Assembly (NCBI RefSeq): GCF_044704955.1
Contig: NC_091997.1
Span: forward strand, 21,142,001-21,206,000
Direction of reading: 5' to 3'
DNA from: Pristiophorus japonicus
Taxonomy: Eukaryota
DNA length: 64,000 bases
This document shows, one piece after another, positions 49,521 to 62,742 of this stretch. The translations under genes were made by a program, and so were the position numbers. Within the stretch, counting starts at the first letter, position 1. Each line of letters begins with the position of its first letter. The notes under the pieces are model-generated. The model was given only the letters and a program-made list of their open reading frames with translations. It was not told the origin of the DNA and ran no database searches.

Positions 49521-50982
49521 AAGACAGGTTGATATGTTTTCATTTTGAAGGTCTGCGGTTTTCTTCCATTTGATCAACATTATTAGGATCCCCACTGAGC
49601 GTTACCATCACTGTCCCGAAATGTACCTGACCTGTGTATGTAGCTGGCCCGTTTCGGAGCGCTAGCACCACTTCAAAGCTTCTTGGATTTCTGCTACCAT
49701 TGCTGTGGCTTATGATAAGGAGTTCCTTGGCAATTGTAGCTTTGGATCACCGCTGGAGCATAAAGGTGAACAAAGGTCTTACTTATGGCAATTGGCACCA
49801 GTAAAGCCACTGCAGCAAATAATACCATTGCAGCAAACTCCAGACCATCATTATCAACGTGTCCAGCATGGACATTGCTTATTTTTTTTTTTATTTCACT
49901 TCTCCCTGAACTCTTTCAGTTACATGTGATACTATCCAACATATTGAACCTGGGTTTAAATGTGTTAAATGTGATTATGAATTAACTTATTTCCTTTTGA
50001 ACAAATACACACTGCAGTCGGAATGTGCTGGTATTTAAATGTTATCACAATGTTGTCACTGTGTCTTATATAACCTTTCTGTGGATTAGGCTTTACTCGG
50101 TATCAGAGATCAACATTACCAGCACAGAGTAAGGGCGAGTTCACGACGCACACTGTTATTAATGCGCAAATCGGCCAGCAAGTTGAGGTGAAGGAGAGAC
50201 ACACCGCGAGTTGTGAATCGCCATAACTTGCTCGTCGCCACCCCACCATGGTGCCTCACACAAAGGGCAGCACGCCCTCAACCTTCCCGTTATTTTTAAG
50301 AACTTGCTGGATTTTCATAATAGACGCGAATTAAACTTGCTGTAGAAAGTTAGGACTCAAACTTAACAGCGCAAGAACGCTACTAACAATGTGATAATTG
50401 TTAATGCAATGCCAATCAACCTCTCCGGGCCAGAAAGGGAACTATTTTACATTTTAAATGTCTTTTTTTCTTACATTTCCTTATTGTCTTTTTTTTTCTC
50501 TCTCTCTCTTAATCTAATCTTTCTATCCTTCTCTTTATTTCTCTTTCTGTACTTGATTTGACTGTCTAATTCAACCTCCTCCTTTGTTCCTCAATCTTTA
50601 AGTTCTCAATCATTACATTTCATTGGTGAAGGAGATACACTATTGGTCCCGTTATTCACCAAGGTCCCAGATGCCTTGATCCCCTCAGCTTGCACTTCCA
50701 GCAATTTACGGGGCAAAATATTTAGAGCTAAAGGGCACAGGAAAAGGTCAGATTTGCAAAGTACATTGCGAGATGCCTCACTCAAGCAAGATTTGGACCA
50801 TATTTTCATATTTTCATAATGAAACACAAACATTTTCTTTACAATATTTTAAGCAGTCAAATCACAAACCATTTGTCAGGCTTTCGCTCAGTTTCCACAA
50901 CTATGTTTTACTGGTGAAAGATGGGGATCGAACAGGCAGATTTGTGTATTTTTGGCTTTCAGTGTGCTGATGCTGTCTGGAT

Positions 50983-52741
50983 AATGTAGTCACCACACGT
51001 TAAAAAAATCCACGCACAGGCTTCTTGAAGGCCGATAAATCCCCAGGGCCTGATGGACTGCATCCCAGAGTACTTAAGGAGATGGTCTTGGAAATAGCGG
51101 ATGCATTGACAGTCATTTTCCAACATTCCATAGACTCTGGATCAGTTCCTATGAAGTGGAGGGTAGCCAATGTAACCCCACTTTTTAAAAAGGAGGGAGA
51201 GAGAAAACAGGGAATTATAGACCGGTCAGCCTGACATCGGTAGTGGGTAAAATGATGGAATCAATTATTAAGGATGTCATAGCAGCGCATTTGGAACGAG
51301 GTGACATGATAGGTCCAAGTCAGCATGGATTTGTGAAAGGGAAATCATGCTTGACAAATCTTCTGGAATTTTTTGAGGATGTTTCCAGTAGAGTGGACAA
51401 GGGAGAACCAGTTGATGTGGTGTATTTGGACTTTCAGAAGGCTTTCGACAAGGTCCCACACAAGAGATTAATGTGCAAAGTTAAAGCACATGGGATTGGG
51501 GGTAGTGTGCTGACGTGGATTGAGAACTGGTTGGCAGACAGGAAGAAAAGAGTAGGAGTAAATGGGTACTTTTCAGAATGGCAGTCAGTGACTAGTGGGG
51601 TATCGCAAGATTCTGTGCTGGGGCCCCAGCTGTTTACATTGTACATTAATGATCTAGACGAGGGGATTAAATGTACTATCTCCAAATTTGCGGACGACAC
51701 TAAGTTGGGTGGCAGTGAGAGCTGCGAGGAGGATGCTATGAGGCTGCAGAGTGATTTGGATAGGTTAGGTGAGTGGGCAAATGCATGGCAGATGAAGAAT
51801 AATGTGGATAAATGTGAGGTTATCCACTTTGGTGGTAAAAACAGAGAGACAGACTATTATCTGAATGGTGACAGATTAGGAAAAGGGAAGGTGCAACGAG
51901 ACCTGGGTGTCATGATACATCAGTCATTGAAGGTTGGCATGCAGGTACAGCAGGCGGTTAAGAAAGCAAATGGCATGTTGGCCTTCATAGCGAGGGGATT
52001 TGAGTACAGAGGCAGGGAGGTGTTACTACAGTTGTACAGGGCCTTGGTGAGGCCACACCTGGAGTATTGTGTACAGTTTTGGTCTCCTAACTTGAGGAAG
52101 GACATTCTTGCTATTGAGGGAGTGCAGCGAAGGTTCACCAGACAGATTCCCGGGATGGCGGGACTGACATATCAAGAAAGACTGGATCAACTGGGCTTGT
52201 ATTCACTGGAGTTCAGAAGAATGAGAGGGGATTTCATAGAAACATTTAAAATTCTGACGGGTTTAGACAGGTTAGATGCAGGAAGAATGTTCCCAATGTT
52301 GGGGAAGTCCAGAACCAGGGGTCACAGTCTAAGGATAAGGGGTAAGGGGTAAGCCATTTAGGACCGAGATGAGGAGAAACTTCTTCACCCAGAGAGTGGT
52401 GAACCTGTGGAATTCTCTATTACAGAAAGTTGTTGAGGCCAATTCACTAAATATACTCAAAAAGGAGTTAGATGTAGTCCTCACTACTAGGGGGATCAAG
52501 GGGTATAACGAGAAAGCAGGAATGGGGTACTGAAGTTGTATGTTCAGCCATGAACTCATTGAATGGCGGTATAGGCTCGAAGGGCCAAATGGCCTACTCC
52601 TGCACCTATTTTCTATGTTTCTATGTTTCCCACCCCTGGAGTTCAGGACTGGAATATCAGCTCCTCCACTGAAACATCTGTGAACTCATCCGTTTTGGTG
52701 TGGAAGCAAGTCATCCTCGTTCGAGGGACCGCCTATGATGA
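50983..52741 (+). mobile_element. Short RTE-tailed non-autonomous element split by CR1
   Basis: 15-bp TSD TGATGCTGTCTGGAT (50968-50982, 52742-52756); RTE-type end GAAGCAAGTCATCCTCG…CCTATGATGATG. Confidence 0.8.
51025..52627 (+). mobile_element. CR1 subfamily A, 5' truncated (RT ORF 51243-52352)
   Basis: RT motifs; 7-bp tandem duplication near 52341 shifts the frame. Confidence 0.95.
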
Positions 52742-53679
52742 TGATGCTGTCTGGATTACGCTAATGTCTGCCAGAAGTGCTGGAGCGATTTCTGCTTACA
52801 CACAGGTCAGTTGCTCAAATCTAGAATGCAGTTACTATATTCTACTGTCAGAAAAGTCAGTAGGAAATTACGGCCTTGGCAGTTTGCTGTTCACTGAAAT
52901 GCAGAGCCAGCAGTAAAACACTACGGCCAGGGAAACTGTGCAGATCATTCCTGGTGTGAAGATAGACTCTGTGAACCAACATGCAGAGATGTTTTACCTT
53001 CCTTTCCCCCCCCCCCCCCCGACCGCCCCAGCCAAACTCAAAAAGCATTGTCTATGTGTAACAGGGTTCCCAGGAAGGATGATCTGATCTTTAAGGACAT
53101 TGTAGAACAGTACACCTTGGCACTGTGTTTACCATCCAGAATAATGAGGAAATGATGTAAAAGGGATTGACTTGTGATATTTCCCTCGGCACGCTCTTGT
53201 GCTGATGGGACTGCACTCCACTGAACAGTGGACTCTTGAGGCTGAAATCTCTAACTTTCCTGACAACAGAAGATAGTAACTACATTCTCGATGTTCAGAA
53301 CTGATTTGTGTGCGGCAAAATTCCCTCTAGCATCTGCCGCATATATTTTGGCATAATCCTGACAACCCGTGCACTCTCAAAGCCAAAGATACACAAATGT
53401 GCCTACCGATGTAGTAACTCAGGTCTTTTTAATAACGCTTGTATTTATTCAGGACATTATCAAATCGACATATTTCAAAGCAGTGAATGACTTTTAATTC
53501 CAGTGGCTGTTGTGTAGATAGTGCAACAACCAATTCTATTGCCGCAACTTCCACAAACAGCAATGTGATGAATCGACCAGTTTGTCTCTTTATTTGGTGG
53601 TGGATTGAAGGATCGTTGGCCAGCACGCTAGAAGAAATCCAAGCTGGTTTTCAAAATAATGCAATGGAATTCCTATTGA

Positions 53680-54822
53680 ATCATAGAAGTTTACAGCATC
53701 GTGTCCGCGCCGGCCAACAAGAGGCTATCCAGCCTAATCCCTCTTTCTAGCTCCAGGTCTGTAACCCTGCACTTCAAATGCACATCCAAGTTCTTTTTAA
53801 ATGTGGTGAGGGTTTCTGCCTCTACCCTTTCAGGCAATGAGTTCCAGACCCCCTGAACCCTCTACATGAAGAAATTTCCCCTCAAATCCCCTCTAAATCT
53901 TCTACCAATTACTTTAAATTTATGCCCACTGGTTGTTGGCCGCTCTGCTAAGAGACATAGGCCCTTTCTATCCACTATATCCAAGCCTCTCATAATTTTA
54001 TACACCTCAATGAGGTCTCCCCTCAACCTCCTCTGTCCCAAGGAAAACAAACCCAGCCTATCCAATCTGTCCTCATAGCTAAGATTCTCCACTCCCAGCA
54101 ACATCCTCGTAAATCTCCTCTGTACCCTCTCCAGTGCAATCACGTTCTTCCTGTAATGCGGTGACCAGAACTGCAGCTGTGGCCTAACCAGTGTTTGATA
54201 CAGTTCAAGCATAACCCACTTGCTCTTATATTCGATGCCTTGGCTAATAAAGGCAAGCATTCCGTAAGCTTTCTTAACCACCTGGCCTGCTACCTTCAGG
54301 GATCTGTGGACATGCACTCCCAGGTTCCTTTGTTCCTCTACACTTCTCAATGTCCGACCATTTATTGTGTATTCCCTTTCCTTGTTAGCCCTCCCCAAAT
54401 GCATTACCTCACACTTCTCTGGATTAAATTCCATTTGCCACTGTTCTGCCCACCTGACCAGTCCATTGATATCTTCCTGCAGTCCGCAGCTTTCTTCTTC
54501 ATTATCAACCACGCAGCCTATTTTTGTATCATCTGCAAACTTCTTAATCATACCCCCTATATTCAAGTCGAGATCATTGATGTATATCACAAAAAGCAAG
54601 GGACCTAGTACTGAGCCCTGCAGAACCCCACTGGAAACATCCTTCCAGTCACAAAAACACCCTTTGCTTCCTGCTTCTGAGCCAATTTTGGATCCAACTT
54701 GCCACTTTGCCTTGGATCCCATGGGCTTTTACTTTCGTGACCAGTCTGCCATGTGGGACCTTATCAAAATCTTTGCTAAAATCCATATACACTGCATCAT
54801 ATGCACTGCCCTCATTGTCCAT
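53680..54822 (-). mobile_element. CR1 subfamily C RT fragment
   Basis: ORF 53862-54722 QGSVLGPLLF...KFADD...EFNPEKC; divergent from A and B. Confidence 0.9.
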
Positions 54823-54899
54823 CTGAACCGGAAAGCAGCCTCTTGGTTTAATCTCGGACAAGCAGTACTCCCTCGGTACTGCACTGATATTATGAGTTC

Positions 54900-57465
54900 A
54901 AACCCCCCCCTCACCACCCCACACTTTGTTTTTCTCTTTCCCACGGCAGCTGGTGATGATTCTGCCATTCACACTCCAACTAGACTCATCTTTTGTTTCT
55001 TAACTTGTTCCATCTCATTTTTGCCCATCATCCCTTTTGTCTCTCTAATCTCTCCTGCCTGCCACCCTATCACAGACCTTCCCTTTTGTTCCTTCCTCCC
55101 CCTCCCCCTTTCAGTGCCCCTGCACGTCATTCAGAATCAGTTACACCTCAAACTTTTCCAGTTCTGATGAAGGGTCACAGACATAGAAACTAGGTGCAGG
55201 AGTCGGCCATTCGGTCCTTCGAGCCTGCACCGCCATTCAATAAGATCATGGCTGATCACTCCCTCAGTACCCCTTTCCTGCTTTCTCTCCATACCCCTTG
55301 ATCCCCTTAGCCATAAGGGCCATATCTAACTCTCTCTTGAATATATCCAATGAACTGGCATCAACAACTCTCTGCGGCAGGGAATTCCACAGGTTAACAA
55401 CTCTCTGAGTGAAGAAGTTTCTCCTCATCTCAGTTCTAAATGGCCTACCCCTTATTCTAAGATTATGTCCCTTGGTTCTGGACTTCCCCAACATCGGGAA
55501 CATTTTTCCCACATCTAACCTGTCTCGTCCCATCAGAATCTTATACGTTTCTATGAGATCCCCTCTCATCCTTCTAAACTCCAGTGTATAAAGTCCCAGT
55601 TGATCCAGTCTCTCCTCATATGTCAATCCAGCCATCCCTGGAATCAGTTTGGTGATCCTTCGCTGCACTCCCCCAATAGCAAGAACGCCCTTCCTCAGGT
55701 TAGGAGACCAAAACTGAACACAATATTCCAGGTGAGGCCTCAATAAGGCCCTGTACAACTGCAGTAAGACCTCCCTGCTCCTATACTCAAATCTCCTAGC
55801 TATGAAGACCAACATACACCATTTGCCTTCTTCACCGCCTGCTGTACCTGCATGCCAACTTTCAATGACTGATGAACCATGACACCCAGGTCTCGATGCA
55901 CCTCCCCTTTTCCTAATCTGCCGCCATTCAGATAATATTCTGCCTTCGTGTTTTTGCTCCCAAAATGGATAACCTCACATTTATCCACATTATACTGCAT
56001 CTGCCATGCATTTGCCCACTCACCTAACCTGTCCAAGTCACCCTGCAGCCTCCTAGCATCCTCCTCACAGCTCACACCGCCACCCAGTTTGGAGTCATCT
56101 GCAAACTTGGAGATATTACACTCAATTCCTTCATCCAAATTGTTAATGTATATTGTAAGGAGCTGGGGTCCCAGCATTGAGCCCTGCGGCACTCCACTAG
56201 TCACTGCCTGCCATTCTGAAAAGGACCCATTTATCCCGACTCTCTGCTTCCTGTCTGCCAACCAGTTCTCTATCCATGTCCATACGTTACCCCCAATACC
56301 ATGCGCTTTGATTTTGCACACTAATCTTTTGTACAGGACCTTGTCAAAAGCCTTTTGAAAGTCCAAATACACCACATCCACTGGTGCTCCCTTGTCCACT
56401 CTGCTAGTTACATCCTCAAAAAATTCCAGAAGATTCGTCAAGCATGATTTCCCTTTCATAAATCCATGCTGACTTGGACCAATCCTGTCACTGCTTTCCA
56501 AATGTGCTGCTATTTCATCCTTAATGATTGATTCCAACATTTTCCCCACTACTGATGTCAGGCTAACCAATCTATAATTACCCATTTTCTCTCTCCCTCC
56601 TTTTTTAAAAAGTGGTGTTACATTAGCTACCCTCCAGTCCATAGGAACTGATCCAGAGTCGATAGACTGTTGGAAAATGGTCACCAATGCATCCACTATT
56701 TCTAGGGCCACTTACTTAAGTACTCTGGGATGCAGACTATCAGGCCCCGGGGATTTATCGGTCTTCAATCCCATCAATTTCCCTAACACAATTTCCCGCC
56801 TAATAAGGATATCCTTCAGTTCCTCCTTCTCACTAGACCCACTGTCCCCTAGTACATTCGGAAGGTTATTTGTGTCTTCCCTCGTGAAGACAGAATCGAA
56901 GTATTTATTCAATTGGTCTGCCATTTCTTTGTTCCCCATTATAAATTCACCTGAATCTGACTGCAAGGGACCTACATTTGTCTTCATTAATCTTTTTCTC
57001 TTCACATATTTATAGAAGCTTTTGCAGTCAGTTTTTATATTCCCTGCAAGCTTCCTCTCGTATATTTTCCCCCTCTTAATTAAACCCTTAGTCCTCCTCT
57101 GTTGAATTCTAAATTTCTCCCAGTCCTCAGGTTTGTTGCTTTTTCTAGCCAATTTATATGCCTCTTCCTTGGTTTTAACACTATCCTTAAATTCCCTTGT
57201 TAGCTACGGTTGAGCCACCTTCCCAGTTTTATTTTTACTCCAGACAGGGATGTACAATTGCTGAAGTTTATCCATGTGATCTTTAAATGTTTGCCATTGC
57301 TTATCCACCATGAACCCTTTAAGTATCCTTTGCCAGTATATTCTAGCCAATTCAGACCCGAAACGTTAACTCCGTTTCTCTCTCCACTGAGGCTACCTGA
57401 CCCGCTGAGATTTCCAGCATTTTCTGTTTTTATTTCGGATTCTGGCATCCGTAGTATTTTGCTTG
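54900..57465 (+). mobile_element. Penelope-like terminal repeat with hammerhead motif, split by CR1
   Basis: Pieces 54900-55182 and 57353-57465 join through CAGAC. Confidence 0.7.
55183..57352 (-). mobile_element. CR1 subfamily A, 5' truncated, TSD CAGAC
   Basis: ORFs 55264-57152; CAGAC at 55178-55182 and 57353-57357. Confidence 0.95.
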
Positions 57466-58032
57466 TGCGTTAGGAGTTCACATCCTGATAGGGGGCATAA
57501 ATCCAAAACTTTCCGACCCAAAGAGGAGAGTGTGGGTAATTGAGCCCGGCCGAACGGTATGCCAAAGCGAGTTGGGGACTCTCCCCACTTGGCGAGCACA
57601 CTCAGTTTGCTCAGTAAACTGGAGAGATTAAGAAGCATCCTGAGACTGTATTGATGTGTCTGTATGGGTACGTGTGGGTCACGGAAGATTCTGAGGGACC
57701 TCCAAAGGCACTGAGTAACCAAGAGGAGCACAGACTTCAGCAGAAACTCAAGTCTACCGCTGGTGTGAGATGGGTCTGAGGATATTACAGTACACTGAAG
57801 AATACGGGAGGCTACTGTGAAAAAATGAGCACCATTGATGGACGCAGAAACAATGAGGGATATGACGGGGCATTGTGGAAGACTGCAGAGCACTGAGGGA
57901 CAAAGATGAAACTCCTCGGTGATTGTAAAATGAGCAGGTCAATCAGTTACAACAATTTATAACATTAGATATCCAGTGCATATTATCTAAATTGTACTGT
58001 TCCATTATCAGATTACTATATCTGTGTTTACT

Positions 58033-58575
58033 GTGTCAGCCGTGGCTCACTGGGTAACACACTCGCCTGAGTCAGAAGGTTGTGGGTTCAAGTCCCACTC
58101 CAGGAATTTGTGGCACAGAAAATCTAAGCTGACACTCCAGTGCAGTGCTGAGAGAGCACGCTGCACTGTTGGAGGTGCCGTCTTTCGGATGAAATGTTAA
58201 ACCGAGGCCCAGTCTGCTCTCTCAAGTGGACATAAAAGATCCCTTGGCATTATTTTGAAGAAGAGCGGGGGATTTATCCCTGGTGTCCTGGCCAATATCT
58301 ATCTCTCAATCAATATTAAAGCTGGAACACAGATAAAATCTTAAGCACGCAACCTCATTAAAATATTTAAATGAAGGACCTGCTTCCTGAGAGAGGGTTG
58401 GTTGCCCTGGTCATTATCATATTGCTGTTTGTAGGAGCTTGCTTGTGCGCAATTTGTCTGCCACATTTCCTACATTACAACAGTGACTACAATCCAGAAT
58501 TACTTCATTGGCTGTAAAGTGCTTTGAGATGTCCGGTGGTCATGAAAGATGCTATATAAATCAAAGTCTTTCTTC
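58033..58575 (+). mobile_element. DeuSINE-type tRNA SINE with a foreign ~92-bp insert
   Basis: Head GTGTCAGCCGTGGCTCA…GGTTCAAGTCCC; insert at 58314-58406. Confidence 0.8.
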
Positions 58576-58645
58576 TCTTTTATGTAATATGCTGAAATTA
58601 TTTTCATATCAATAGATAAACAATGTTTTACTTCTGGAACAGACT

Positions 58646-59029
58646 ACATAAGAACATAAGAAATAGGAGCAGGAGTAGGCCATTTGGCCCCTCAAGCCTG
58701 CTCCGCCATTCAATGTCATGGCTGATCTGATCTTGGCCTCAACTCCACTTCCCCGTCCGCTCCCCATAACCTTGACTCCCTTAGCATTCAAAAATCTGTC
58801 TATCCCCACCTTAAATATATTCAATGACCCAGCCTCCACAGCTCTCTGGGGTGGAGAATTCCACAGATTTACAACCCTCAGAGAGAAGAAATTCCGTTTT
58901 AAATGGGCGACCCCTTATGCTGAAACTATGGCCCCTAGTTCTAGATTCCCCCACGAGGGGAAACATCGTCTCTGCATCCACCCTGTCAAGCCCCCTCATA
59001 AACTTATACATTTCAATAAGATCACCTCT
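58646..59029 (-). mobile_element. CR1 subfamily B 3' fragment, TSD CAGACT
   Basis: CAGACT at 58640-58645 and 59030-59035. Confidence 0.9.
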
Positions 59030-59199
59030 CAGACTGTTTTGAAGTAGTCGAGGGAAGAGGAAAGTATGTCTGAGACAGGGCAACTCAGTCACTCAGTGTG
59101 ATGCTCAGTGTCGGGGCTTGCTGCTGGCTGTGCTGCTACAAACCTAAACCAAACCTGGCAGGATCGGATTTTGCCGAAACAAAAAATGCGTTGCCCCTG

Positions 59200-59320
59200 T
59201 CTGACCAGCTTGCATAACAGCCAATAGAATAACACACCAATAATTCAGTGAGGGGTGTATCAGAAGGCATGTGTCCTACATGATTGGTCAATTGGCTTCT
59301 TATCCAACCAAATGTGGCGT
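59200..59320. promoter_or_regulatory. Cluster of CCAAT boxes, possible promoter
   Basis: CCAAT at 59221 and 59237, ATTGG at 59283 and 59291, in non-repetitive-looking DNA. Confidence 0.3.
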
Positions 59321-59517
59321 TTGTAGATAATTAATGATCAGAGCAGTGAACTGCAGACAGGAACACTGGAACTAATAGCAGTGTGGTTCTTACTGCAGCC
59401 CTGATTAAAGATAACCAATTTGTAACAATTTAATCCCATTTATCTTTCCCTCTCTTGATTTTGCTTTCTGATCATGATTTGGCATTGAATTAACTATTCT
59501 CCTGGTTCAGACGCTGC

Positions 59518-59989
59518 AGGGGTCATTTAAACCCCCAAAAACGGGTGGGTTTGTGTCAGAAGTTAAAATCTTTTAAAATTCATACCCAAACCCGCCAACT
59601 TCCCCCCAACAGAGGCGGGATGGGGAGCAGGTGACCAACCCTCTCTCAGGAAGCGTATCCTTCATTTAAATATTTTAATGAGGCTGCGTGATTAAGATTT
59701 TATCTGTGTTCCAGCTTTAATACTGGCCAGCCGGGTTGCTCAGGTCTCAGGAAACGTGGCAGCTGAAGGGAGGAGAGGAATGTTGAATGAACAGGTAAGT
59801 GCCTTTCCAGTACGACCTGTGGGCCAGGTGGAGCAGGCTTCCCACCCTGGCCCGCCAAGTTACCTGGTTAACCTCTCCTGTGACCGCACACACCCCCATC
59901 CCCACAATCTGATGGCCTCCTCAACCTCCGATCTCCTTCCCCCCTCCCCTCTGCCTCCGCCTCCGCCTCCTCCTCCTCCTCCTCCTCAG
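59518..59989. mobile_element. MITE-like DNA element remnant
   Basis: Starts GGGGTCATTTAAACCCC; probable source of the insert at 58314. Confidence 0.45.
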
Positions 59990-60418
59990 TGTCAGCTGTG
60001 GCTCAGTGGATAGCACACTCACCTCTGAGTCTGAAGGTTGTGGGTTCAAGTCCCACTCAAGGGACTCGAGCACATAAAATCTAGGCTGACACCCCAGTGC
60101 CGTGCTGAGGGAGTGCTGCATTGTGGGAGGTACTGTCTTTCAGGTGGGCGTAAAAGATCCCATGGCACTATTTCTAAGAAGAGCAGGGGCGTTATCCCAG
60201 GTGTCCTGGCCAATATTTATCCCTTAAGCAACATAATGAAAAAGCAGATTATCTGGTCATTATCACATTGCTGTTTGTGGGAGCTTGCTTGTGCGCAAAT
60301 TGGCTGCTGCGTTTCCCACATTACAACAGTGACTACACTTCAAAAAGTACTTAATTGGCTGTAAAGTGCCTTGAGACATCCAGTGGTCATGAAAGGTGCT
60401 ATATAAATGTAAGTCTGT
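59990..60418 (+). mobile_element. DeuSINE-type tRNA SINE
   Basis: A/B boxes, core and tail; flanked by CCT-rich repeats. Confidence 0.8.
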
Positions 60419-61084
60419 CGCTGTCATCACCTCCTCTGCCTCCCTTCACACTCCTTCTATCCCCTCCTCCTCACCCCCGGCAAGACCTGAAGGAAATCCA
60501 TATTTCCGGCTTTACCAACTGCCCCCCTCCCTCTCTCCCCACCTCCCCGTAATTGTCAGGGCCTGCGTGTATCAGTAAGGATTCTTCCAACTGATTGTTT
60601 AAGGAGATGCACAGTTGTTTCCCCTGCTCACACAGGTACCAGGTCCCCTGTAGGGGGCGCCACGCTGTATTGACTTTCTAATAGCCACAAGTTCCAGTGC
60701 AAAAGCCCACAGAAAGTCTGTGGCCAAGTGTAAGTGTATGAAGCCGTTCATTCACCGCTGACCATAAAATTTGGGCCATTAGATGCAAGAAGCTGCTGCT
60801 TGACATTTGACACAAGTCAATGAATGTGTTCGTTCCATTTGTAGTTTTGTTTTTAATTTGCGGAAAACCATATTTTTCTTTTTAAGTTCACAGTTTTTGT
60901 ATTTTAAAAGCTGCCATGCAAACTCCATATTGAAATTCACATTTCTGGTTTTAAAAAGTTCCTCTAACGATATAAACTAACAATTCATCTTCTTCATTGC
61001 TACCAGCGATTATTGCCATCATGACAAATGCTGACACAGTTGTGCTCCCAGCCTTTGCATGGGATTGTGACCTTTTCTGTTCCA

Positions 61085-61452
61085 GCACTTGTGCACATAA
61101 TCTAGGCTGACACTTCAGTGCAGTACTGAGGGAATACTGCATTGTCAGAGATTCTGTCTTTTGCATATTAAGCTGTCTGCTCAAGCGGATATAATAGATC
61201 CCACTGCGCAATTCAAAGAAGACAGGAGAGTTCTGCCAGTGTCCCGGCTAATATTCGTCCTTTAATCAGCACTACCGAAAATTGATTAACCGGTCTGTAC
61301 AATCATTGCAGTTTGTGGGAGCTTGCTGTGTGCAAATAGGCTGTAGCGTTTGCCTAAAAAAACAACAGTGCCCACACCACAAAAGTAACTAATTGGTTGT
61401 AAAGTATTCTGGGACATCCTGAGGTCATGATAGGCACAATATAAATGCAAGT
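61085..61452 (+). mobile_element. Old DeuSINE-type SINE
   Basis: Diverged match to 59990-60418. Confidence 0.65.
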
Positions 61453-61850
61453 TCCACTCCTACCATTCCTTCCCTCTTGCTGATGCAGTCTCTTTCTATG
61501 AAGATTCAAATATTAGCTATGATTAAAATGTAGCTGCCCTCTCAGAGACTTGTATTTGCGAAGTGTAATAGGTCACCAACTCAACCGAGTAATACTGCTG
61601 CGTACAAGCTGCACCAAATTCAGCAATAAAGGAACTCTGTGCATGCATGCTTGGATACGTGTGCAGAGCTTCACCCGCTAAGTGGCCAATTGCAAACGTT
61701 CAGAAAGAGTGGTGCAAGTTTTCTTCCAACATAAAAAAAAAACTGAAAATAAAGTACAATGAAACATCTGTGCACATCTATAACGTGGCTCTGCACGAGC
61801 TGGAGTTATAATGCACCTGGTGCAAATTCTGACTGGGGTAAACTGGCCTC

Positions 61851-62170
61851 CTCCAGGGACTTGAGCACATAAATCTAGGCTGACAGTGCAGTGCTGAGAG
61901 AGTGCTGCACTGTCGGAGGTGCTGTCTTTCAGATGAGATGTCTGCTGGACATAAAAGATTATATGGCACTATTTTGAAGAAGAGCAGGGGAGTTATCCCC
62001 AGTGTCTTGGCCAATATTTATCCCCCTTTCAACATAACAAAGAGCAGATTATCTGGGTCATTATCATGTTGCTGCTTGTGGGAACTTGCTCTGCGCAAAC
62101 TGGCTGCCGCGTTTCCCACATTACAACAGTGACTACACTCTACAGCCAATAAAGTACTTTTAAAGCGCTT
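61851..62170 (+). mobile_element. DeuSINE-type SINE, 5' truncated
   Basis: Match to the family core. Confidence 0.7.
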
Positions 62171-62742
62171 GCTCCTGAAGGGGCAGTTGGAGGCCTCATA
62201 TCATTTGGCTTTACTGCCTCCTGAATGATTCGGCCATGTTTGTGTTAATGAACACATGTAACAACTTTACATCAGTGTAACAAAGGCAGTAGATGAACTT
62301 TGCATCAAGATCCTAATCACATCTGCAGATCTATCACCTCCTGAGACATAATTCCCTTTCTCTTTAGCAGTTGCAATTATAATTAGGATTGAAAATGAAT
62401 TTACTTGCCAAGTAATAGCACCTAACACATCTCTGTACCTGCCATCAATACACCATAAATCTCTCTTCCTCCAAGTAAATGCAATATTAATTTCTACATT
62501 AGACAGATTTCTACCCATTTGTTAAATTTTGGAGGGCTTTTAGGCTTTATTTGCAATTATAAGAGACTTTGAATTGAAAATGTTGTCACTTGGTGTCTTA
62601 TGAAGTAATAAGAAATAATTCTTTCCTGATCGATCCAAACAGTGACATTTGTGGATGTTTAAGGTTTGCTCTAAGTAACAGCTTTGTAGATGGCTTCCAG
62701 AGTTAACTTCCCTGAACAGTTCTCCAGTACTGACTCCATTCA

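Noticed and set aside
53150-53210. C/D snoRNA-like ATGATG…CTGA
   Set aside because: Imperfect C box, no terminal stem, no recognisable guide
55178-59035. CAGAC(T) TSD shared by two CR1 insertions as a target preference
   Set aside because: Only two cases, from different subfamilies; other CR1 junctions differ (TGTA, CTCAT, AAACAT)
59990-60060. tRNA gene
   Set aside because: A/B boxes belong to a SINE head that continues into the SINE body
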